A program made the position numbers and the translations under genes. This document shows, one piece after another, positions 29,772-42,249 of a stretch of 64,000 bases of DNA. Within the stretch, counting starts at the first letter, position 1, and every line of letters begins with the position of its first letter. The DNA is from Marsupella aquatica (taxonomy: Eukaryota > Plantae > Marchantiophyta), in NCBI GenBank assembly GCA_973895155.1, contig OZ316894.1, positions 19,692,805 to 19,756,804 of the forward strand. The letters run 5' to 3'. The notes under the pieces were generated by a model. That model searched no databases and was not told the origin of the DNA. It saw only the letters and a program-made list of their open reading frames with translations.

Positions 29772-31390
29772 GGGGTCTCAAATATGGATCCATTTTGCTC
29801 TTCCCTGGAGAGTGGCTGTTGGGGTTGTTGCACGTTTTTTCTCCCCGTGTTCCAAAAAACAAATTGACCAGAAGGTGCATTAGAGTCCCAACAGACATCC
29901 GGGCTCACCAAAGGAACCATTTTGTGTCAAAAGTTCTTATACCACAATGTTCGGTCCTTATAACATGAGAAAGTCACTATAGCACTCAGGATGTTCTACT
30001 GTAAGTTGTTGATTGTCCAACTGTGTCGCCAAGTGCGTCCAACTACAACTGCAATGTCAAGTGAATTGTTCGCCGTGCAGCCGCAGCACAATACAGAACA
30101 TTGCAATTAGAATTTGTACACATTGACAACAATATATACACATAGTTAGAGGACTAGAGTTTAGGGCAAACTGCAAAGTAGGCAATAAATTAGAATGAAT
30201 ATATGCATCTTGAACAAAATAGAATACATTATGCGGAATGTATTCAGTCTAAGACACAACAAATTCCAAACATAAACTTGGATTTTTGGCACATCTTAAA
30301 GGGTAGCCATAGGACCGAGAGGAACACGAGAAGGAATAAAAGTAGGACAAGAAGAACAAGCAACACAAGAAAATGTTGAGAAGTGAACCTAAACGCAATG
30401 GAAACAAAATTGGGAACAAACAATTGGGAACAAACCAGGTTCCTAAGAGGTTTCACAAAGGGGAGGGACATTTGAATTAAAAAATTGTTAACTTTTTCAC
30501 ATAATATTCACATTGTTATCATAAAAGCAATGAGGTTGAGGATGCTATAGTGCTAGCATGCTTCAATGTGGCTGTAAACTCTCTCCTTTGTAGTTGGATA
30601 CAATAGTCACAATATACGTATTCAATCAAGGTGGGAGGGGGAGCTACAACGCTTGGGTAGTCCAATGCAATCATAAGATCCCTCATTCGTAGTTTGAATA
30701 CTTTAGCCACAATGCATTCAACCAGTTGGGAGGCTTCACTACTACGCTTGGGTGCTCCAATGCGACCATAAGATCCTTCATTTTTGATTTGAATACAATA
30801 GTCACAATGTATTCAACCAAGCAGGGAGTGTGGTACTTGTGCTTCTACACTTGGGTGCTCCATGGTCGCCTGGGGCTACAAACTTTGTTATTCACGCACT
30901 ACACATTTACCTTTTGATCTTACTATACTTGACTAACCATAGTGTTATCAGGTTGACTATTGGGGTCAACACTAGGAGAAAATCTGAGGCCTTGGGTCTT
31001 TGGGTCCACTGGAGAAATTTTCATCTTTTGGTCAGGGAGAGAAAAAGTTCGGGTTGGAGGTGCACTAATTATATCCACTCTCATCATATTTGAGACCCCG
31101 GCCCCCTAGTAATATAGAGTGCCCTAGTATAAGAACACGTTCAGGGGATTTTGGGAAGTAGCTAGAGATTTCTTATCTACTTTTTGAAGTACGTCACGAT
31201 AAGGATTTCTAATTTCTTCCTCAACACGGTTATGGTCACGGGTCTCGACGAAGGTTGGAATGGCGACAGCTACCATAGCATCTGGAGTTAGCAGAAAGTA
31301 CTTCACATCCAATCTACCATAGCTCTGAAGTACTGAAGTTAAGTTTGGAGGTACACTAATTATATCTCCTCTCGCCATATTTGAGACCCC
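29772..31390. mobile_element. Non-autonomous TIR DNA transposon remnant
   Basis: GGGGTCTCAAATATGG (29772) is inverted as CCATATTTGAGACCCC (31375-31390; second copy at ~31085-31099). TAGTA flanks both sides. Internal ~95 bp repeats at 30620-30870. Confidence 0.55.
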
Positions 31391-31640
31391 TAGTAATGTA
31401 GAGTGCTCTATTATAGAACACTTTTCAGGGGATTTTGGGAAGTAGCTAGAGATTTCTTATCGACTTTTGAAGTACGTCACGACAAGGATTCCTAATTTCT
31501 TCATCAACACGGCCATGGTCACGGGTCTCAACGAAGGTTGGAATGGCGACAGCTACCAGAAACAGTACCTTCCTGTCATCTGGATTTAGCAGAAAGTACT
31601 TCACATCCAATCTACCATAGCTGATAGCTCTGAGTACTGG
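31054..31640. repeat. ~292 bp tandem duplication spanning the TIR end and its flank
   Basis: tggagg..cactaattatatc...ttgggaagtagctagagatttcttatc...aatctaccatagct occurs twice. Confidence 0.85.
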
Positions 31641-32079
31641 ACTGACGGCATAATGCGACAGATCTGAATCCATTTCTTCCCAACGCAATTCGGCACGTGG
31701 ACGAGTATTCACATCGCACCTACAATTGCTGTGAAGTACAGGACCTACGGCGGAATGCTACAGTCCTGAATCCACAATGCAATCTGGCACGTGGAAGAGA
31801 GGCTGGGCCCCTGGGGATGATGATGTACCCTGGATTTGTGACAATCTCATCTCCCCACAGTGATAAAACCTGCGCCCTCTGTTCTGCTCCCCGAGTTCGG
31901 TGGATGCTCAGAGAGGGACATGATTATATTATTATACATTTTATTGATGGATGTCCTGCGGGTGATGTGAAAGGAGAGGCCTGTATTCGATCGGTTGCTG
32001 GAAACGGATTGTGGTTGTTACAGAAATCCTTCTAGACGCTACATGCCGGGCTTCGAAGTTGCACACGAATTAGATATGA

Positions 32080-32193
32080 CCACGTATACGTGACATTCCA
32101 TCAAATCCAGGGTTTCCTTTAGCGTCACCAGCAGGGCCATGACACGTAGCTTCCTCTCGACCAGCTGTCCAGACCCACTTCGTGTATATATAT
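32080..32193 (+). promoter_or_regulatory. ABRE/ACGT cluster and TATA box of the first LEA gene
   Basis: ccacgtatacgtgac (32080), gacacgtagc (32141), tatatata (~32185). Confidence 0.65.
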
Positions 32194-32347
32194 CGAACCA
32201 CCATAACTGAAATCTTCATTCAACATTACTAGTCTGTCGCATCCGAAACAAATTGCCATTTCTCATTTGACGAATTGCCCAACTCTCTCAACGCTCTCTA
32301 CTGGATTCTCTCCTCGATTCTCTCCTCTAACTCTCTCATCAGCTACC

Positions 32348-32810
32348 ATGTCGTCCGTTGATAATGCCAAGGGCACCGCTGCTGATGCCGCCGAGCAGAC
32401 GAAGCAGTTCGGTCAGGAGAAGACTGGAGCTGCCCAAGACCACGCTCAAGGACTAGGACAGGCCGCCCAAGGAAAAGCCGGAGAGGCCAAGCAGGGTGCC
32501 GCTGATGCTGCCAATACTGCTCAGGGCAAGGCCGGCGAGGCCAAGGACCAGGGTGGCAACCTTCTTCAGCAGGTATGTCTCATTTTAGTAGACGGTGCCG
32601 TAATGGATTGGTGTTCGATGGTGCACTAACGCCAGTACGTCTCTTTTCAAGTAATTTGTGAAACCGGCCTTCTCTCTTCGCTTGAGAGTGACTTAGCTCA
32701 GGTCGTGCCCATTCTATTCTAATTTATCTTGTGTGCATTTGCTTGCGCAGGCTGGAAACAAGTTGGGTGAAACAATGAACAATGTGAAGGGCGCTCTTGG
32801 GGCGAAGTAA
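32348..32810 (+). CDS. Small late embryogenesis abundant (group 3/LEA_4-like) protein
   Basis: MSSVDNAKGTAADAAEQTKQFGQEKTGAAQ...; A/Q/K/G-rich 11-mer-like repeats. Exons 32348-32572 and 32751-32810. Confidence 0.85.
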
Positions 32811-33784
32811 TTGATCATGCTAAGAGACAGAGGAATAGTCGTCGTAGGGCGGGGTATTTAGAATGCAAGGTGATGACTTCCCGACATTCGCTCACTGTTT
32901 GATCAGTGAGTTGTGAAATGTTCATGTACAGCAGGAAATAGAAACGCGTTTCAGATTGATACTAGGCGATTGCTGTCAATACCAGTATAATTCGGCCCAA
33001 AGTGGGTTGCACTGGGTTCTGACCATAACGCAAAATTTTTGTGAATAAAGAAACGTGTCAACTCGGAATCGCACATTCATCATACCTTTTCAGAGTGTTC
33101 ATCCGACGTGTCCGAACTTCGACTCGCACTGCTTTGAGTTGAATGCCTGAAATTCCCATACACACCGAATGCCAAGTATGAATGTTCAGCAATTGTGCAT
33201 CGATCGATCGACTAACTGTCAGAGGCATGAATGATCCACTGTTCAGCAGTTGTGTATCAAATCGATCAACTAACTTTCGCATGTGCAAGTGATCGATATG
33301 GTTTGTTTTCTTTAGAATATAGATTTGATCAGTCTGTATACGCTCTCATCCCTAAGCTTACATTTGATAGCTTACATTTGATCGGGTATCAATTCTTGCA
33401 GAAACAGTCAAGCTCGATCTTGTAACTATCGCCTATCATAGTAAAAATAAAAATTTTCAATACATCCATTCGTTCAAATGCGGACAAAGCTGTGTACAAA
33501 GGATGACTACGTCCCTACATCTGGTCAAAATCAGGAAAGCTATATTCAATTTAACTGCAAAACATCTCCTACCACAAATTTGAACGCTTCTAGCTCTGAC
33601 TCACTTTCAACTAATTTACCTACAAGATAGATACGCGTGAAGGCCGGTACCTCTCGATATAGTACAACAATAACTTCTGAAATCCTACTGAAAGAGAATT
33701 GACGTACTGTACTTTTCTTTCCGAATGTACCACTACTCCCAAGATGACAACTCGCAACAGCAGATCTCACTTAAATTGGCTAGG

Positions 33785-34160
33785 TCAAGTTAGAGCAGTT
33801 GGCTAGAAGGTTAGCCTCGAGGCCCCAAGTTCATTCCCCCCTTCATATTGTCCCACATTCATCCCCCCTCACACTGTCCCAGTTTCATCCCCCACTTCAC
33901 ACACAAGAGATATGTTTGGGTAGTAGGCCCAGGCTCAATCCCCCCTTAACAATGTTCAATCTCCACCCCTATTCGCACACAATAATGTGGAGGGTCATGT
34001 GAGGGCAGTTCCCAGATTCACCCCCCTTCATGCAATGGTAGGTTCAAGCCCCCCTTCACACATAAGGGTGAGGAATATATAGATGCGTTGGTGGGATGAG
34101 AGCTCTGGTTTTCTCCTCAGCCTTTGCCCACTAGGTCCAAACCCCCCTTCATACACAGAG
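33785..34160 (+). mobile_element. Possible tRNA-derived SINE-like remnant with reiterated B-box-like motifs
   Basis: A-box-like tagagcagttgg (33791) and B-box-like gttcattcc (33829), followed by repeated gg(t/c)tcaa..ccccc(t)tcac units. Confidence 0.3.
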
Positions 34161-34482
34161 GTGTGGATTATATATATGTGTGGGTGGGATGGATTTTGTG
34201 GGTAGTGGATGGAGCTTGCTTTTCTCCTCAGCCCTTGCTCACTTTGTAACCTTCATTCAATCCTCTGTCCCTCCTGATGCAGACTCCTATTGACCCAAAT
34301 TTAATCCTCTCTCCCTGCTGGTGCAGACCCCTGTTGGATCCGTGGGGGCTCACCCTGAAATGGGTTCCCTACAATGAATGTGTGTCACAATTGGGGTGGG
34401 AAAATTTCATTGTGTTCATCCTCATTTCAGTCCAAGCCAAATGTCACTCAAATATTCAGGTATGGTACCCCTCTTTCCAAAG

Positions 34483-34878
34483 GGGTCCCAATTGCAAATC
34501 TCACTCAAAAGAGAGGCATACATTTCCCTACAATGAATGTAAATATGTCACTCAAAAATTTCAATATTCTTCTCTTTCCAAATGGGTCACAACTCCCAAT
34601 TGCAATTCTCACTCAAAGAGAAGTATGTACTTGATGGACCCTGCCACAAAAACTTTACATGATGTTGCCTATGACAATAGTGGGTCACAACTCCCAATTG
34701 CAATTCTCACTCAAAGAGAAGTATATCCTTGATGGACCCATCCACAAAAACTTTACATGATGTTGCCTATGACAATAGTGGGTCACAACTCCCAATTGCA
34801 ATTCTCACTCAAAGAGAAGTATATCCTTGATGGACCCATCCACAAAAACTTTACATGATGTTGCCTACGACAATAGTG
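34483..34878. repeat. Tandem repeat, ~99 bp unit x3 plus a partial copy
   Basis: gggtcacaactcccaattgcaattctcactcaaagagaagtat... at ~34583, 34682 and 34780, near-identical. Confidence 0.9.
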
Positions 34879-35984
34879 TTGCTCAGTGATGGTGGCATTG
34901 AAGACAATGGTACCTTCAATGATTGTGTTAGTGAATCTAGCTTCAGAATATAGTGATAGTCCACCGTCAGTGATAATCTGCCAGATGAAGTAATGTGTCC
35001 CCAAAAACTGTATCAGTGTTGTAAAGTAATAGTATCGTTGTGAGTCTATGCATATTTACCTCACGTAACCTGAGTGCCCCTTCCATTGCGTCATTTCCAG
35101 TAACTCACTTTGCCCCCAATCCCAGTTTTTTAGACATCATTTCCAGTAACTCACCCTGCCCCAAATTCCAGTTTTTCAGAAATTCACCGGCCTATCCTCA
35201 AAGAATCCCTATTTTCAAGTCGTACTCCATACTTCAGTTATGCCCCAGCTAGAGTCATGCTCTACAGCCTTCATTGTAGACCTTAGCCTTGGAAGAGTAG
35301 CTTTTGGACTTGCCTGAGTGCCCCATGCATTGTGCCATTTTCAGAGACTCTGCCTGTCCCTAGTCCAAGTTTTCAGAGACCCTGTCCCCAATCCCAGTTT
35401 TCACCTCGTACCCCAAACTTCAATTACACCTGAATCATGGTCTAGAGCCTTCATGGTAGACCTTAGCCTTCGAAGAGTGGCTTTCCATGGCAATTATATT
35501 TTTTGTTGTAGTTTGCTTCTAGTGCTTTTCCTTGTATTTTACCTTTTATTGGGTCTCTGGAATTTATTTAACTGCCTGGCTATCTCTGTAAAAAATGTCA
35601 CCAGTTGAAGAGGTTTCCCCACAAAATAAGATGTTTAAGGGGGGTGGGGGGTGTTGAAGAGTTGGTTTGCAAATTCAATCTCAAAGAGTGTAGGCTTGGG
35701 TGGGGAAGGTGCATAATGGCACATTGAGGTTCATCTCTGGTTAGTAAAAAAATGTCAGCTTCGTGAAACAGCCAATTAACGAGGTTTTCCCTCCAGATGA
35801 CATGCAGTAAGTCGACCATGAGACAAATAATACAGAAACGCATATTGTAATGTTTAGATTCAGATATGATGTTTGACATGACCAGGGTGTAAGCTACACC
35901 AGCCTTGACACTCTACACATGTCAATCTCACGTTTCCTAGAAAATCCAGAAACACTAGCGTGCGTAACTTGTTACACTTGCCAG

Positions 35985-36165
35985 TCTACACGTATCAGCC
36001 CTTACGTGTAACAGGCATCTATCGCTACGTGGTCCCCATGCAAACTCTGGAAAATTTAATAACAAATCAATTGCCATGACATCTTGGATGACAGTACGTG
36101 TACGGTGGATGATCTCAACAGGTGTAATAGCTGACTTACCGGTGCCCAAAACACTCCCTATAACT
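35985..36165 (+). promoter_or_regulatory. ACGT/ABRE cluster of the second LEA gene
   Basis: acacgta, tacgtgt, tacgtgg and tacgtgt within ~120 bp; tataac at ~36159. Confidence 0.6.
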
Positions 36166-36328
36166 ACAGTCCGCCTCGCACATTCTCGTCATTCCTCATT
36201 CACCACAATCTCTCATCGCTTTCTTTCAGCTCTCGATTTCTATTCACACGACCTTCTCTAGTATTTGCAGCTCGATTCAGTCAATCTTGGGTTCAGTACT
36301 CCACTCTACTCAATCCCCAGCAGCAAAG

Positions 36329-36877
36329 ATGTCGACCGTTGATAATGTGAAGGGTACCGCAGCCGACAAGACGGAGCAGACGAAGCAGTCTGCAGCTCAG
36401 ACGACGGACCAGACGAAGCAGACCGCTTCTCAGAAGACCGGAGAGGCCCAGTCGCAAGCTCAGGGGATGTCGCAGACCGCCCAACAGAAAGCTGGCGAGA
36501 CTGCAGGAGCTGTGCAAAGCAAGGCTGGTGCAGCGAAGGATTCAACCGGAAGCGCTCTCCAACAGGTAAGCTGTAGCTGCGTCACTGTTGTTTGCTGTTT
36601 GGCACTGCTGTGTTTTTTCCGAGACCCCTCTACCTTCACCTCCCAGGATGTAAAACTTCGATCTAGAGTTGAGTTGCTGGGGTTGATTCGGCAAAGTCTT
36701 GTTGAGTGAGAGGTGGCTGACTCCATGACGGGAAAGTTGGAAAGAAAATGGAAGAGTCTCTCCGTACTTTCCTCTGAATTTGACTTTGCGAACTTTGCAT
36801 GTTCGGATGAACAGACTGGCGACAAGTTGGGCGAGGCTTTCAACAACGCGAAAGGAGCTGTAACAGGACAAAAGTGA
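36329..36877 (+). CDS. Small LEA protein, paralog of 32348-32810
   Basis: MSTVDNVKGTAADKTEQTKQ...ALQQ|TGDKLGEAFNNAKGAVTGQK, same intron position as the first copy. Exons 36329-36565 and 36815-36877. Confidence 0.85.
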
Positions 36878-39653
36878 GTGACCCAGTGCACTCATGGGGT
36901 GACCCAGTGCACTCATGGGCTATAACGTCGAAGCCACAGCAGCCAGAGCAAGATCTTAAAGTAAAGGCGGTGGTAAAGATGGAAGTTAGTCAGATGATAG
37001 CTTCGATAGGGAAACCTTTTTGGTTACTATACGGACGGACAAACTGATCTGGAAGGAGTTTGTTCACGTAACGAAGTGTGTACATATTCACCTTCGTCTA
37101 CCTGTAAATATTGAATCACGACCATGTTTACACTGATCGTTTCATTCTAAATTCCTTCTAATAAACCGCAAGAACTTTCGCCCATACTTGCAGTTCACGA
37201 TCTCGAAATGTTACGTTGACCGTTTTCTTCTAGTTTCTTTCTCTAGTGAGCCGCAAAAAATTTCGCGTATTCAAATCACTATTTCGAATTATTGTGGATT
37301 CTAAAACGTCGATTTGGTTTACTCTATTATCATTTCAAACGTACTCTAGTTTGATTCTCATCTGTCCCTCCTCCGCACGAACCACAGAGAAAAAATTGGG
37401 CTATTCATTTGACACTACTAACACCGACGTAGCGTTGGTATCAAACTTCTCTAGAGAGTAGGTGCCTTATCGCGCTGGCGCTGACTGAACCAAAAAAGAA
37501 AACAATCACTTACATGTATGTCTTTGTCCACCTGCTAGATCCTAATCCCAAATGTTTGTCACCATATTATACTACCTGAACTGTTTGCTCCTGTCTCATG
37601 CGCATCGTGAAATACAAGCCAATGTAATTTCTAGAAAACAATGATTCGTACACCTCCAAACATTTCGTCATCATGATTTCAATCATTCGTTTTGACATTC
37701 CAAAACTGAATGTAAATGAGTAAGAACTGTGCCAGAAATACACATTGAAATTGTGCTGAATTGTCCGTAGAAAGACGATTTGCAATCAACTGCCACATTA
37801 AATGTAGCTGTTGAGTTTGCACCTTTTAAAATGAACACTTAACATATATGTTACACTGTTCTCGAAGTGATCGCTTGAAGCTGCCATTTCATTCTGAACA
37901 TGGAAATTTTGACATGAGAAAAATCCTGAGCTTCGTGAGAAGTTCTATTCATGGTGAAACAAACTCATGTGACAAAATTTGCATACTGAAAAACTTGCTC
38001 GAGGGAAATTTGCATCAGAGTAAACGAAAAATAGAAAACTTGCGCATGCAAATCAAGATAATTACTCTCAATCAAGTGCATTTGGCGCAAGGCAATAACA
38101 ACCAGCCAAAATAGCTAAGAAGTCTACTCAACCCACAAACCAGACAGTCAAAGCTGACAAGAAGCTACAAAACCATTACTTTCATTTGCAGCCAAACATG
38201 AAATAGGATGAGGCTACATTGCCCTTTCAGAATGCGCCAATGTCCCAAATGGAATAACGATAAAGGTGCATTTTACCTTTGCTGACACGACCAAGCTCGG
38301 ATATTCTAAATGGATACTATTCTATTCATCGAGAATACCCGACCACCATCGTGGAGTAGAATAGTAAAAAGCAGGTTGAAAACCACCAAAATCTGAACGG
38401 AAATGTAGCTCCATTGATTATTAAATTAGTTTTGGGGACTGGTTAATAATTTAATACTATTTGGGGAAGAGTATATTAAAAAATGGTTTCTTGAAACCCA
38501 ACAGGTCTCAAACCAAAAGTCCCCTGAAAAATAAATTAATTTTGGGGCAATTTAGTAATTTGCCCCAACTAGATTGGGAGTAGGAAAGTAAAAAACTCCT
38601 TAGTGACCCTCTTATGTGGTTTACTTAGTAGCTCTACCAGGAAATTGAGTTCTAATCTCGGTAGGGTGTTAGCTTCGGGCCTTCTTTTTGGATCCCTTTT
38701 TTGGCCCTGTTTTTGGCCCTGGCTTTTGCTTGGGGTCCCATGGTTTTGTTTTTCTTGGGACTTTCTCCCCTCTTTTCCTTGGCTTCATTGGGTTGCTTTG
38801 CCATTGGATCATGTCTCCTGTTAGGCGTTTGAGTTTTTTGCCCTTGGGCAAGTTCATATATATTTTTGGAAAAGCACGGATCTGAAACCAAGTGAAAGTA
38901 CTTACAATTAAAGTGATTAAGGAACTTGGTATTTTACACCAACTAGCCCCATGACCAAATGAGTCTCAAACCAAATGAAAGTCCCCAAGATAGTCCCCAA
39001 GATAGTAAGTGACTTTTGGGCCTACGATGGCCTCAAAAAATGAGGCTATGGCATCCGTTTGCTTTGCTTTGCTTTGCTTTGCTGACAACGTCGTTCATGT
39101 GGCTGCTGCTCTGCCGCTGCTGATTCTTGCGGCCTTGCTGCGTTCACCCAAGATTTGTGATTCTGCGCTCAAATCATCGAGACCAATTTCGGCTTCTACG
39201 AAGCAATGCCCCACATTTGGTTTTGCTTCTTTCGCGAGTAGCAGCAGCAGCAGCAGCTCAAGGTTGATGGTTTTCTTCTCGAGCATTGGACAGGAGTTTA
39301 AGAGCTGCTTCATCTCTCCTCTCGTGCAGAAGCTTGTGCTCTTGATAGCGGCTTCTCCCGTTGCTGCGGTGGCTGGCAATGTGCTGGTGAATGGCATTGA
39401 TGAACCGTGACGCTGCGAAAGTAGGGATTTCGTTCGGCATTTCGTGTTGAGGGATTTCGTTATACTGTCGCCACCAATTTCAGCGTGTTTGAATCATTGT
39501 TACAGAGCGAGTTGAAAATTGCTGCCCTGGTGATGTGGTGGTGAATGTTTGTGGTGGCCCCGTGTGGTCTTCCTCTGTTCGTGCCTCCGGAGTCTTCTCG
39601 TGATTGGCCTCTTTTTGCCTGCACCGCCAGCCGACCAGCGGCGGCTTGTCGAG

Positions 39654-41866
39654 ATGGCGGTGGTGGGAGTGCTGGCGTTGCAGGGCTCGTTCCGTGAACA
39701 CATTGTAGGTGAGTTTCATAAATTTTTGTTCCATGAACAATTGTAGGTGAGTTTCATGAATTATGGTTCCGAGAACAAGTGTAGGTCAGTTTTATGAATC
39801 AAGGTTTCATGAACAATTGTAGTTCCATGAATTATCGATTCTGCAAGAGATTGTTGTGGTCTTGTCAAATAGAGATGGATGTGAATTGTAATGTGAATTC
39901 GGTTGTTGTGGCAGCGCTGAGGAAACTTGATGTGGAGACCGTAGAAGTTAGGAAACCGGAGCAGCTGGTGGGCCTGTCCGGCCTAATTATTCCTGGTGGG
40001 GAGAGCACGACTATGGCGAAGCTTGCCGAGGAATATAAATTGGTGTGTGGCACGCTGCCTCCTCTCTTCTCAGGATTTGTTCTCTCGGTTTTCATGCTTC
40101 TCTCCCCCTCATGTTATTCCCTGTTTCTGGACTTCGGAATTACGCGTGCATCTGTTATAGTGGAGCACTTTCCTAACTCGTAGGTGGTGGCAGATTCCCG
40201 CGCTGAAAGAATTCAGCACCAGCGGAAAACCACTTTGGGGGACGTGCGCAGGCCTTATCTTTTTGGCGGACAAGGCAGTGGGTGAGTAATGGAATTTGAC
40301 CAACGATTTGTGAATCCGGAATTGACCCACTACCCTCATCAAATTCTCCTCATCTCCGCGAAAGCACGATAGAATTGACCTCTTTTGATTTTCGTTGTAA
40401 AATCTTGCATAGGGAAGGACACGACTTGGGAAAATCCGCTCATATGTCTTTCACAGTCATCTGCCGCTAGGACGGCAAGCCGGCTGTTGAACTGATGAAA
40501 TGCTTTGTGTGTCAGGTCAGAAAACTGGAGGGCAGGCCCTTCTTGGAGGTTTAGACGTTACTGTGCACCGCAATTTTTTTGGAAGTCAGGTAAGCAATTC
40601 CGCCTTCGGAGGAACATCTATCTTGTGTTAACCACGGTATTCGTTGCCTCGTCTTCCAGTGCAGATCGGGTCAAGAAGTCATTTTTTTAAAGTATTCTTT
40701 GTCTATACCCAAAAGAAATATGTGGTGCGGAATGAAATATGATTATGAACAGTGGACATTAAAAGCTAACTGTCATCGCCTGCACCTGATAATTGAAACG
40801 TGGAGAAGAATTAGACATGTAGATAGAATAGAGTCGTCTTATTTCGGAGCTTCCAAAGGTCAGACAATGACTTGGAGTGTTTTCAGGACTGAGGGTTTAT
40901 GGATCGTTGTGGGGTCTTTGGAATCACAGCTTGGGAGGCTGTTTGAGGGCAATGAATCATGTTACATATAGAGATTAACTGATGCTTGTCTTGCTGGAGC
41001 AGCTAAATAGTTTCGAAACGGAGCTGCCATCGCCGCCAGCGCTAAGAGAAGGAGGAGCAGGGGAGACTTTCCGTGCGGTGTTCATTCGGGCGCCAGCAAT
41101 CCTCGATGCTGGTCCTTCCGTAGAAGTGTTGGCCGATATCATTATTGGTTCGGAAGTTCCATTAGCTACTCCTGAAGACGTTGAGGTAAGTGCCGGGTCA
41201 TTCCATTGCATTCATTTGCTAGATGGTACTGTAGTAGGTCATTGTCGGAAACACAATTCGCAAAATGTATGATGGATTTCGAATCCGATGGATGTGCTTC
41301 GCGAATCCGTCTAAATGTCATTCTACGAATCAGTTTTATAATGTAGTACTCTCCTTTGTGGGGGATTTCGACCACAGCTAAGCATTGGTCTCAGCGATGA
41401 CATCGTTTTGGGATACTGGGGGGGGTCTGTGTTATCGTTGTTCTCATCAATATGTCCCGAACTATGTCTAGGCTGAGAAGCTGGGCCAGAAGCTGATAGT
41501 GGCAGTAAGGCAAGGAAATCTTCTCGCCACTGCCTTCCATCCCGAGCTGACATCAGACACTCGTTGGTATGCCGTCTTTTCGTTCCATTTGATCTCAAAT
41601 TCATTCTTTGGAAATCTGAAATCTGTGACGTCGACCTACTCTCTATGTCTGAATCACGCTCTCTTCGAGCTTGCCGGTCGTGAGTGACGCGTGCGTTACG
41701 TTGCAGGCACAGTTTGTTCTTGAAGATGATTCAATCTGGCGAAAAGGCAGTGTCAACAGAGGACCATATAAAGGCAGCCGGAGCAGACTATAGTTTACTC
41801 CGTCCCATGGCCACTTCGAAGGATCTACCAATTTTTAGGGATACTTCGTTTCTAGTCTTTGAATGA
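39654..41866 (+). CDS. PDX2: Pyridoxal 5'-phosphate synthase glutaminase subunit
   Basis: [71 protein letters not shown]. Seven exons approx. 39654-39708, 39915-40042, 40194-40281, 40517-40589, 41003-41185, 41472-41566, 41707-41866. Confidence 0.96.
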
Positions 41867-42115
41867 AAACGCTATCGGGCTAATTATTCCATTGTGAGAT
41901 ATGTTCTCGGCCAAGCTAGAAGTCAATTTCTTGCAGGAAGTCGACCTTGGTCGGGACAGGTTGTAATTCTTTTCCGATACTGAGCCTGCAAGAAGGGTAT
42001 CGGAGGACGTATTGTCCCCCTGGTGGTCTATATGTTGTATGGGTATATGTTGTATGGCTGCTCCGGCACTGTAAATGTACTCTTCTCACGTGGTGATAGT
42101 TCCCTACATGTGGAG

Positions 42116-42249
42116 ACAGTTTCCAAGCCTAGGGTAGGGCATTGTTTCAATCACTGATCTGTGATTGTTTTGTGAAAGAAGAACAGTTTCCAAGCCTAGG
42201 GTAGGGCATTGTTTCAATCACTGATCTGTGATTGTTTTGTGAAAGAAGA
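42116..42249. repeat. Perfect 67 bp tandem duplication downstream of PDX2
   Basis: acagtttccaagcctagggtagggcattgtttcaatcactgatctgtgattgttttgtgaaagaaga x2. Confidence 0.9.

Noticed and set aside
34483-34878. CRISPR array or coding ORF 34277-34732
   Set aside because: Simple near-identical 99-bp tandem repeat; the ORF is a by-product of the repeat.
39009-39410. 133-aa ORF upstream of PDX2
   Set aside because: Built on microsatellites (GCTTT, AGC) with no recognisable domain; probably promoter or leader sequence.
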